From the NCBI GenBank assembly GCA_036336595.1, contig JAYZFV010000009.1, positions 548-64,547 on the forward strand: DNA of 64,000 nt. The letters run 5' to 3'. The translations under genes were made by a program, and so were the position numbers. This DNA comes from Thermoplasmatota archaeon (lineage in GTDB: Archaea; Thermoplasmatota; Poseidoniia; Poseidoniales; Thalassarchaeaceae). Positions 28,534 through 36,226 of the stretch are shown piece after piece; position 1 is the stretch's first letter, and the number at the start of each line of letters is the position of its first letter. The notes under the pieces were generated by a model. It saw only the letters and a program-made list of their open reading frames with translations. It ran no database searches and was not told the DNA's origin.

Positions 28534-28618
28534 TGGTGCAGGGGACAGGATTCGAACCTGTGAAGCACTACGCACTGGGACCTAAACCCAGCCCCTTTGA
28601 CCACTCGGGTACCCCTGC
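28534..28618 (-). tRNA. tRNA-Leu (anticodon TAG), type II with encoded CCA
   Basis: The reverse complement GCAGGGGTACCCGAGTGGTCAAAGGGGCTGGGTTTAGGTCCCAGTGCGTAGTGCTTCACAGGTTCGAATCCTGTCCCCTGCACCA folds as a cloverleaf. It has the same scaffold as the neighbouring tRNA, with compensatory stem changes. Confidence 0.9.
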
Positions 28619-28719
28619 TTGGCGCCGTACGACGAATCCCTCGCCAAGAAGGCAGCGCATGCAAGTTATTCACCCCCATAGTGTCATAACCGGATCGCTG
28701 CGCCGCGAAGTCGACTCAA

Positions 28720-29748
28720 ATGGCGCGAATCGGCATACTCGGCCTGGGCAACTGGGGTACGGCCCTGGCGTATGTCTGGTGCGAGGATGGACACAACGTA
28801 ATGGGCTGGACCATAGAGCAAGACGTCTACGAGTCCCTGATGACGAAGAGTGAAAACGAGAAGTACCTGCCTGGCTATGAGATTCCACGACTACAATCCA
28901 CCATGGAGATCTCCGACATCACAGAGGCCTGCGAGATACTAGTCCTAGCACTACCCAGCAGCGTCATCCTTAGTGTCGTTGACGATCTAATCCCCCACCT
29001 CCGCCCATCCCACCTCCTGATCGACCTAGCGAAAGGCCTTGCGCCCTCGGAAGAAAGTGGCTCTGGGATGATCTCCGACGCCATAGAAAGGCGCCTGATG
29101 GATGTAGGGATGGCCAATCCAGTCGTCGTCATGACGGGGCCCACCATCGCGCCGGAAGTGGCTCGTGGCGTCATGACCAACGCCCTAGTGGCGTGTCATG
29201 ACAGGAGCGTGGCGGAGAGGATATCAGAGCGCCTGTCAACGGATTCCCTGATCCTGACGCCGGCGGAGGACCCATTGGGTGCAGAGCTGTGGGGGGCGTA
29301 CAAGAACGCCGTGGCACTTGCCTGTGGGCTAGTGGATGGCCTCAAGGAATCGATAGGCGGTGACAATCTGAAGGCCGCACTTGTCCTCTCTGGATACAAC
29401 GAGGGCATTGGGCTGCTAGGTGCCATGGGGGCTGATCCCAAGACTGCCTTCGGACCGGCCGGCATAGGCGACCTGTATGTGACCGCGACGAGCCCTCGCA
29501 GCCGGAACCGCACGCTTGGGGAGAAGCTCGGTTCGGGTAAGAGCCTCGATCAGGCCCTTGACGAGATGCACATGGTGGCCGAGGGAGTGCGTGCGACGCG
29601 GATGTTCCTCAATAGATCAGAGAAGCTGGGGCACCATGCGCCATTCCTCCACTCCCTGGGAAGCTTGCTCGACGGGGATATCAGTGTCGAGGAATCCATC
29701 AGGCTGATGGTAGAGGCCTACGACAGCCCACGAGCGGGGCAGGGTTGA
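28720..29748 (+). CDS. gpsA: NAD(P)H-dependent glycerol-3-phosphate dehydrogenase (bacterial GpsA type)
   Basis: N-terminal Rossmann motif MARIGILGLGNWGTALA and GpsA-typical GPTIAPEVARG and AGIGDLYVT regions. Confidence 0.9.
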   Translation: MARIGILGLGNWGTALAYVWCEDGHNVMGWTIEQDVYESLMTKSENEKYLPGYEIPRLQSTMEISDITEACEILVLALPSSVILSVVDDLIPHLRPSHLLIDLAKGLAPSEESGSGMISDAIERRLMDVGMANPVVVMTGPTIAPEVARGVMTNALVACHDRSVAERISERLSTDSLILTPAEDPLGAELWGAYKNAVALACGLVDGLKESIGGDNLKAALVLSGYNEGIGLLGAMGADPKTAFGPAGIGDLYVTATSPRSRNRTLGEKLGSGKSLDQALDEMHMVAEGVRATRMFLNRSEKLGHHAPFLHSLGSLLDGDISVEESIRLMVEAYDSPRAGQG

Positions 29749-29776
29749 TTGCCGGAGCAGTCATCCGAGGGATAGG

Positions 29777-30004
29777 ATGCCAATCGGGGACCTGACTGAC
29801 TTCGAGCTCCGGCTGCTCAAGTGGATCTCAGCATCAGACTTCGTGGGGGTTCCATGGTCCACTAAGCGCGCGGCTGAAGCGTTCAAGGTCGAGGAGAAGG
29901 ACGTGTACGAGGCACTAGCCGCACTGACTTTCAAGGTCCGTGACAACATCCAGATCTTCTACGATGACGGGGCGATCAGAATGGTCGGAGATGACATTTC
30001 CTAG
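29777..30004 (+). CDS. Small hypothetical protein (75 aa)
   Basis: ATG-initiated ORF 28 nt after gpsA. Its 3' end overlaps the convergent phnE by 4 nt. No recognisable motif. Confidence 0.4.
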   Translation: MPIGDLTDFELRLLKWISASDFVGVPWSTKRAAEAFKVEEKDVYEALAALTFKVRDNIQIFYDDGAIRMVGDDIS

Positions 30005-30915
30005 TTCTCCTTTCCCGCTGAGAAGGGGAGGAATACCCCTCTCCACCTCGGTCTTTGGACACGCTCATCTCCCTCGATGAACCTCCTTCTAATTCGGAGT
30101 GATAACTGGTCGATCAGCATTACAGAAGCATACATCACCAGTATGAGTGCGAGCACCCTATCGTACAGCTTGAAGGGTTCTAGGTAGTACTGCATGTACC
30201 ATCCAATTCCACCGGCCCCTACGAGCCCGACTACTGAACCATGGCGGACATTGTACTCAAACATGAACAACATCTGGCTAATCAGGGAGTTGCTGGCCTC
30301 AGGGATTGCGAAGTAACGGGCAGTCTGCCACCGGGGTAGTCCCATGGCCCGGGCGACCTCCAGAGGTTCCCGGCTAACACCCTCTAGAGCCTCGTACTGA
30401 AGCTTTCCAAGATATCCCACGGTGTATATGGTCATTGCAAGGACGCCCGCAAGGGGGCCTATGCCAACTAGAATAACGAAAATTAGGGCCCAGATCAGAG
30501 AAGGGACCACACGTAGGGCAGCAAGGACCTGCCTAATCACCTGGGCGAGCCAGATTGGGGACAGGTTCGTTGCCGACATGGCTGCGAGCGGAAGCGAAAG
30601 GGCCATTCCAAAAACTGTGGCTAGGAAGGCTATCTCGATAGTCTGGACCATCCCGACGATGGCTGGACTGCAAACCCAGTCGATACTTGATTCACAAGGA
30701 GGATGGGCCCAAGAAGCCCTATTGGTGAGGACTGAGAAATCGGGTGGCCATGCCTCGCCCCATATTACAAGAAGATTGGATGCTGCCTCACCAATCCTTG
30801 AAATGGAGATCTGCAGATGTGCGATTGCGAGAATGGAGAAAAGCGTGAAAACCAAAGTGACCTTGAGAAGAGTTCGCTTGGCGATTGCCTGAAGAGCACG
30901 TGTGTAAACGCTCAA
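30001..30915 (-). CDS. phnE: Phosphonate ABC transporter permease
   Basis: PhnE-like EAxxAMG...Q and GLVGAGGIG motifs; multi-TM protein. Operon with phnC and phnD. TTG start. Confidence 0.85.
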   Translation of the reverse strand: MSVYTRALQAIAKRTLLKVTLVFTLFSILAIAHLQISISRIGEAASNLLVIWGEAWPPDFSVLTNRASWAHPPCESSIDWVCSPAIVGMVQTIEIAFLATVFGMALSLPLAAMSATNLSPIWLAQVIRQVLAALRVVPSLIWALIFVILVGIGPLAGVLAMTIYTVGYLGKLQYEALEGVSREPLEVARAMGLPRWQTARYFAIPEASNSLISQMLFMFEYNVRHGSVVGLVGAGGIGWYMQYYLEPFKLYDRVLALILVMYASVMLIDQLSLRIRRRFIEGDERVQRPRWRGVFLPFSAGKEN

Positions 30916-30916
30916 T

Positions 30917-31642
30917 TTACTTCCCCCCTAATTGAGGAAGACTGAGCTGGTCTGAAATCTCATCATCACGCATTGGCAGTAACTTCTTGCCCCGCAGTTC
31001 CAATAGGCGGTCACAGAAAGTACGGGCCCTAACTGGATTATGGTCCACAATCAAGATGGCGGACCTTTGAACCTCAGCCAGCCCCCTCATCAAGTCAATA
31101 ATCTCACGAGCAGTGTCGGCATCGAGTTCGCCTAGGCATTCGTCGGCTAGGAGCAGTTTAGGAGACTGGACCATGGAACGGGCAATGGCCACACGACGCT
31201 GCTGCCCTCCAGAGAGTTTATTCACGGACTCTAACGATTTGTCGTGAAGGCCCACGGCGTGGATAGCCGCCCTAGTCGCATCACGCATCTCTCTGGAGGG
31301 TATCGAAAATAGCGTCTGAACGAAGCTCGCTCCCGGAAGCGCACCCATTAGGACGTTGTAGCCCACTGACTGGTGGCGCACTAGCCCGAGCCTCTGTGGA
31401 ATCAACCCTATGGAACCACGATTAATCGATGATAGGGGCATTCCATCAAAGAGGATGCTGCCGGATAAAGTGGGGACCAAACCTGCTAACGTCCTAATTA
31501 GGGTCGTCTTTCCTATTCCAGAGCGGCCGATGACGCCAACGATTTCACCCGGACTGATTTGAAGAATCAGGTCCTCAATTAGTGGGTGGGATTCGGCGAA
31601 TCCTACGTCGACGCCCGAGACGTCAATGACGGGTCGATCCAC
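30917..31642 (-). CDS. phnC: Phosphonate ABC transporter ATP-binding protein
   Basis: Walker A GRSGIGKTT, signature LSGGQQRRVAIARS, Walker B LLLADE. It lies between phnD and phnE. Confidence 0.85.
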   Translation of the reverse strand: MDRPVIDVSGVDVGFAESHPLIEDLILQISPGEIVGVIGRSGIGKTTLIRTLAGLVPTLSGSILFDGMPLSSINRGSIGLIPQRLGLVRHQSVGYNVLMGALPGASFVQTLFSIPSREMRDATRAAIHAVGLHDKSLESVNKLSGGQQRRVAIARSMVQSPKLLLADECLGELDADTAREIIDLMRGLAEVQRSAILIVDHNPVRARTFCDRLLELRGKKLLPMRDDEISDQLSLPQLGGK

Positions 31643-31652
31643 AGATCCCCCA

Positions 31653-32633
31653 TCACCCGCCGTACTTATCCTCGAAGTATGCCTCTATTCCAGGTATGCT
31701 ACTGATGGCTGTACTGTATGATCCCAAATGACTCTCGGTGTCCACGGTCGCGAGGCCGTCAGAATTGAGAACTGAGTGGAGTATGGATTGGCCAACAGAG
31801 TCTGTATTCAATGCTAGGAGGGCATCAGTGATCACTACTGCCTTTTCGGGGCTAACCTGTTTCGGATTCAGCATCACTGGGTGGCTGGGAACCATTCCGA
31901 AGTATGGATCTAGCATTCGGTACTCGGATCTGTCGAGGCACCAATCGTTACCCTCACAGTGATCCTCGTAAGAGCTTGTCTTAGCAAAGGCGACGTCGCC
32001 CTGCCCCTCCGTCATACACCTGAATGCCCCGCCATAACCGTAGTAGGTGTCCCCGCTAGATGGAATGGTGGCATTGCCGAAGTGGTTCTCAATTGTGGTC
32101 CTAAGGCTGTCAATATCCTCTTTATCGCCTGAGACCTCGACTATTCCATTGGCGATCATGTAGCCCATAGGCATGAGCATGCCTGCAGACTTCAGCCATC
32201 CAGTATGGCATGAGTCCTTTCCTTCCAAGTCATCAAGAGACTGGATATCGCTTTCGGCTAGAACCCAAGCAGCTGCAACATAGAAGGTTGAGCCGTCTGA
32301 TTTCTTGTCAGCGAGAATGGCGTCGAAGTCGTGCTGCTGCCAAGACAGCCAGGCAGACCCGCCGTCTAGGAATGCGATGTCTGCATGACCGAATCTCAAT
32401 GCCTCAATCGCGGCAACGTCACTGGAAATCGGGTAGATTTCCACGTCCCATCCAGATTGCTGCGCGACGAAGTCTGCCAAGGCCTGAGGATTAGCTTCAA
32501 CGTCTTCGTAGTCATCTTGAGTCTTGAAGGCGATTCTAATGATTTCATCCTCATCCGAACCTAGGCAACCAGAATGCATTGACAGAAGAATCAAGAATGT
32601 AATTATCATGGAAATCGATTTTTGAATTATCAT
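31653..32633 (-). CDS. phnD: Phosphonate/phosphite ABC transporter substrate-binding protein
   Basis: Signal/lipobox-like LLSMHSGCLG. PhnD-like IRIAFK...AAIEALRFGHADIAFLDG pattern. Confidence 0.85.
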   Translation of the reverse strand: MIIQKSISMIITFLILLSMHSGCLGSDEDEIIRIAFKTQDDYEDVEANPQALADFVAQQSGWDVEIYPISSDVAAIEALRFGHADIAFLDGGSAWLSWQQHDFDAILADKKSDGSTFYVAAAWVLAESDIQSLDDLEGKDSCHTGWLKSAGMLMPMGYMIANGIVEVSGDKEDIDSLRTTIENHFGNATIPSSGDTYYGYGGAFRCMTEGQGDVAFAKTSSYEDHCEGNDWCLDRSEYRMLDPYFGMVPSHPVMLNPKQVSPEKAVVITDALLALNTDSVGQSILHSVLNSDGLATVDTESHLGSYSTAISSIPGIEAYFEDKYGG

Positions 32634-32637
32634 TTTT

Positions 32638-32693
32638 GGGTACCCTAAATTCTCCGAAATTACATTGACATTTTAATTTTAGGGTACCCTAAA
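32638..32693. promoter_or_regulatory. Two copies of the GGGTACCCTAAA palindromic motif, 44 bp apart, in the phnD / 32719-gene divergent promoter
   Basis: Exact 12-mers at 32638-32649 and 32682-32693. The second is the core of a perfect 16-bp palindrome TTTAGGGTACCCTAAA (32678-32693). AT-rich TATA-like ACATTTTAATTTT lies between them. Confidence 0.6.
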
Positions 32694-32718
32694 CTCACTC
32701 GACTTATCCGATAGTATC

Positions 32719-34728
32719 ATGTCCCTGCGAGTAACCACGGACTCGGTGGAGAGAGTAGGTAACACGGCTACAATCGCCTTCGTATTCGCGTTCGTCATGG
32801 TGACTTCAATTGTCCCGCTGCAGAGGCCCGAAGCGTTGCTGGACGAGGATGAGCAGCGCCGAGAACAGTTTGGAGGGGGTGGATCGCTAGAGGAGCAGTG
32901 CAGCTCGATTACCTTCGAGGACATGTTCATCTACGACAAGGCATTGTTCGACATCCAAGTCGACGAGGATTGGCAGACTGCCCAAGTCGCTGCTATGGCT
33001 TGGATCAACTGGACTCTGGCCGACGACATCAGAGACGACCTCGATGAGTACCTAGAGGGAATCGTTCCCTCAGGTGGCGATGACTGGCTGTCGACTGACG
33101 AAGTGGGTGCAGTGATTTTGATTGCAGCGGACTGCCTTCAGTACAGTCTCACCAGAATTGGCATCCGCGATGGGTCTGCTCACCGAGGGGGAGTGGGCGT
33201 GGACTGGAAGAACACCACTTGGCAGAACGATGGTATGGATATATCGGAATTCAATGGCGTCCCCCCCATGCATTCTGAAGGCAGGGACTGCCAGGGATTC
33301 AACCAGGGCGACTGCTACGAGATCCCGGTTCGACCTTCGGTGGAACGTGACTGTGACACCGAAATCAACGAATCCGAAGGAGCGGACGAGTGCAGAGTGG
33401 TCCTCTGGCTGAATGCGACGATGGAGATCCATGGGGTTTCTGATCCCAACGACTTCACAATTGCCTTCAACACCTCCAACATGAGCAATGCCAAACTGGA
33501 CTTCACCTTCCCGTATATCCAAGACCTGAGACTCGACCAATGGGAAGAGTGCGAGGGTCGGTACGTCGGTCCTGACGGGGATAACCCCGGTGGGGGGTCG
33601 ACTCCCCACAGGGGCAGCTGCATAGGTGACGGCTCTTCCCAGTACGAGTTGATTCAGAATGAAGACGGCAGCCTGACCTACACCCTATTCCCAAGCCTCG
33701 GCAGAGAGATATGGCCGTACGGAGAGGATCTCTTCGCCGACTTCACCACTTCCCCCATACCAGTCGACGACCCTCCAACCTGGACCGATGCAGCACCCGA
33801 GGACGGCTCCTGGTTCCCGGTCGCCGAAGAGGGCCAGACGAAATGGGCCTCGTGGCAGGAGCTATCGACGTGGTTCGCTGACGAGTCTGGTGTCTCCCAA
33901 CTGGAGATTAATTGCAGTGGCCTCACTCAGAGTATCGATCGTTCCCTCTGGGTGGCTGTCGAAGGCACAGTTGAGGTCACTTGCGAGTCGACGGACGGCG
34001 CCGGGCAGTCAACCGGCAACAGAACCTGGAATATCGGAGTACCGTTCTCTATCTCTACTTCCAAGTCGGCGCTTTTGGACCCGCACCCGATTACCATTTC
34101 CCCCTCTCCCGAGTGGCCAGAGATCACAGTAGAGATTGGCCTAGTGCAGGAGGGTCAGCCCCAGAATTTGAAAACGGAGTCCATCGTCTCCCAAACAGAC
34201 GTTGACGTCCCCTCGGCGAACATCCTGCCAGGGACCGTATACGTGTGGATTCGCGCCTATCATATGGAGGAGTACTCGATGCAACACGTCTACGACTTGG
34301 GAATAGTGAAGGAGGGCGCCCCCCCACTTGTAACCGTCACTTCCACAGACTGGGACGGTGCTCTATGGAAGATCACGGGCAAGTATAGCGATCCCGATGG
34401 CGAGTCTGTGTCCTTCTCGATAGCCATCGATGGGGAGGAAGCAGGAGAGGTTCGAATCAGTGGGAACACTTGGGAGAGCGAGTGGGTCGATATGGGTGCC
34501 ATCGGGTCTGGTGCAAAGACTGTGGGCATTACTGGCTGTGATCAGTCAAACCAGTGCACGACGATTTCTCAAAACGTGGACAACTCCCACCTGTTTATCG
34601 AGCAAGAGCCAGACTGCTGCGAGCCTGCAATAGATGATGAGGCAGATGGCTTGCTTCCTGCTGCTGGCCTGTCTACGCTTCTACTAGCGGCGGTCGCTGC
34701 ACTCATGTACACGCGTCGTCGGGATTGA
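32719..34728 (+). CDS. Secreted or anchored surface protein with a C-terminal LPAAG-hydrophobic-RRRD tail
   Basis: N-terminal signal anchor ATIAFVFAFVMVTSIVPL, a 600-aa acidic ectodomain, and the C-terminus LPAAGLSTLLLAAVAALMYTRRRD. Confidence 0.6.
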   Translation: MSLRVTTDSVERVGNTATIAFVFAFVMVTSIVPLQRPEALLDEDEQRREQFGGGGSLEEQCSSITFEDMFIYDKALFDIQVDEDWQTAQVAAMAWINWTLADDIRDDLDEYLEGIVPSGGDDWLSTDEVGAVILIAADCLQYSLTRIGIRDGSAHRGGVGVDWKNTTWQNDGMDISEFNGVPPMHSEGRDCQGFNQGDCYEIPVRPSVERDCDTEINESEGADECRVVLWLNATMEIHGVSDPNDFTIAFNTSNMSNAKLDFTFPYIQDLRLDQWEECEGRYVGPDGDNPGGGSTPHRGSCIGDGSSQYELIQNEDGSLTYTLFPSLGREIWPYGEDLFADFTTSPIPVDDPPTWTDAAPEDGSWFPVAEEGQTKWASWQELSTWFADESGVSQLEINCSGLTQSIDRSLWVAVEGTVEVTCESTDGAGQSTGNRTWNIGVPFSISTSKSALLDPHPITISPSPEWPEITVEIGLVQEGQPQNLKTESIVSQTDVDVPSANILPGTVYVWIRAYHMEEYSMQHVYDLGIVKEGAPPLVTVTSTDWDGALWKITGKYSDPDGESVSFSIAIDGEEAGEVRISGNTWESEWVDMGAIGSGAKTVGITGCDQSNQCTTISQNVDNSHLFIEQEPDCCEPAIDDEADGLLPAAGLSTLLLAAVAALMYTRRRD

Positions 34729-34732
34729 TTGC

Positions 34733-35188
34733 ATGAGCTTCTCAGGCCGGGTGACCAAGGCCTCTCACGAAGGTGGCCTACTAGCGTCTTTCGAGGGACG
34801 AGCCCCCCGATTGGGTGCGAGCATCAGAATCACAGGTGGCAAGATCCTGGGTAGGGTCGAAACGGTACTGGGGCCAATCGAGGAACCCCTGATCCATATT
34901 CATCCCCTATTGAGGGGAATCGATGCGGAGGCAGCAGTTGGCTCGCCGGTCGAAATCGCCCCTCGAGTCAGGTCGGGGCAAGGTCGCGCAAGAGGCAGGA
35001 CTAGCAGCAAACGGAGTGGGCATCATCATCAGGGTCGCGGCGATGCTAGGAAGAGCAGGCACGTTACCAAGCGCCATGGAAGAGGGAGTGGAGCGAAGAG
35101 AGGCCCTAGCAAGCGAAGAGGCTCGCCAAAGAGAGGTGGGGCCCGCAGGGAAACGAGGAGAAGGGGGCCGAGCAGGGGCAGGCGCTGA
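34733..35188 (+). CDS. Gar1-like H/ACA RNP protein with a long Arg/Gly/Lys-rich C-terminal tail
   Basis: The first approx. 77 aa follow the archaeal Gar1 pattern (G.V...S..G.L......P.LG..I.....ILGRVETVLGPIEEPLIHIHP). Residues 78-151 are RG/KR-rich. Confidence 0.55.
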   Translation: MSFSGRVTKASHEGGLLASFEGRAPRLGASIRITGGKILGRVETVLGPIEEPLIHIHPLLRGIDAEAAVGSPVEIAPRVRSGQGRARGRTSSKRSGHHHQGRGDARKSRHVTKRHGRGSGAKRGPSKRRGSPKRGGARRETRRRGPSRGRR

Positions 35189-35238
35189 TTGGCGGGGCGC
35201 ACCCCAGCATTCTTCATCGGATTGCTATTGCGGCGAGT

Positions 35239-36222
35239 GTGGCGAAGAGCGCTGAGATGCTATGGCTCGATGCGATGGAAGCCGAGCAGGACGGAGACAG
35301 AGATTCGGCAATCTCGCTGGCTAGGGAAGTCGTCGAAATCGATGGCTCGCACGCTGATGCATGGATGGCAATCGCACAGTGGGGCCTTCCTGTAACGGCG
35401 CGAGGGAAGCAGGACATGCCTGATCTAGCTCAGGCAGCGAAGGCAATGTCCGCGCTGCGAAAGGTTGTGGACCTAAATCCCGACAGTGCTCGGGCATGGG
35501 AGCTGGGTGGTACCCTCCTCGTAGATCACTTGGGGATGCTAGAGCACGGTCTGGAGTGGTGGGAGGACAGGAGGGGGATGGCCCCCAAAGAAATCATCCC
35601 CCTCGTCGAGCAACTGGCGATCCTAGTGAGGCTCGGCTACTTCGATGAGTGCGCAGACAGGTTGGAGATACTGTATGGAGATGATATCGACATACCCCCC
35701 AACAGGCGTCTCGAGGCGCGGATGGAAGGCGTCAGGAAGATGGTGGAGAGGGCAGCGAGAATGGAGGCGGACGGCGCCTTCGCTCCACAGGACCAGAAAG
35801 ACCAGAGATGGGACATAATCAGAAGGATGAGCAAGAGGAAGCCGATCTCGCAGACCTTCTTCCTGCTGACCTTCGTTGCGCCGATAGTGTTCCTCCTAGG
35901 CTCTGCCGCCATGTACGCCTTCGGCTCCACCACCCTTGGATCGATCGTGGTCTTCTTCCTGATCCTAACATCGTACTTCGCGATCAGCAGACTCTCAATG
36001 GGGCTGCTTCACAAGCTGAACCGCCATGCTCTGGACCTCGATAGAGCCTTGGACTGCGAGACCACCGTTGGCAAGGTCTGCATCCCCGAGGAGGTCAGGG
36101 GCTCGAAGCTATACAACTCGGTCCTTGGCAATAGGATGCCCGCATTCAAGGAGAGGATCTCGCTGATTCAGGAGTCAGGGGAGAGGGTGCCGAGCAAGTG
36201 GGAGTTGCACGTCCCGTTCTGA
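35239..36222 (+). CDS. TPR-like N-terminal domain protein with two C-terminal TM helices
   Basis: Helical repeat-like N-terminus (AISLAREVVEIDGSHADAWMAIAQ...) and hydrophobic FFLLTFVAPIVFLLGSAAMYAF / IVVFFLILTSYFAI. Start is GTG at 35239 or ATG at 35257. Confidence 0.5.
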   Translation: MAKSAEMLWLDAMEAEQDGDRDSAISLAREVVEIDGSHADAWMAIAQWGLPVTARGKQDMPDLAQAAKAMSALRKVVDLNPDSARAWELGGTLLVDHLGMLEHGLEWWEDRRGMAPKEIIPLVEQLAILVRLGYFDECADRLEILYGDDIDIPPNRRLEARMEGVRKMVERAARMEADGAFAPQDQKDQRWDIIRRMSKRKPISQTFFLLTFVAPIVFLLGSAAMYAFGSTTLGSIVVFFLILTSYFAISRLSMGLLHKLNRHALDLDRALDCETTVGKVCIPEEVRGSKLYNSVLGNRMPAFKERISLIQESGERVPSKWELHVPF

Positions 36223-36226
36223 GTGG

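Noticed and set aside
28372-28719. tRNA-associated integration site or genomic island next to the tRNA-Leu pair (likewise at tRNA-Gln, 50440-50515)
   Set aside because: I could find no integrase, recombinase or transposase ORF, and no partial tRNA direct repeat, in the flanks.
28257-28853. ORFs 28257..28853 (+), 28270..28575 (-) and 28380..28679 (-) spanning the intergenic region
   Set aside because: They run through two well-folding tRNA-Leu genes and into gpsA, so they are artefacts.
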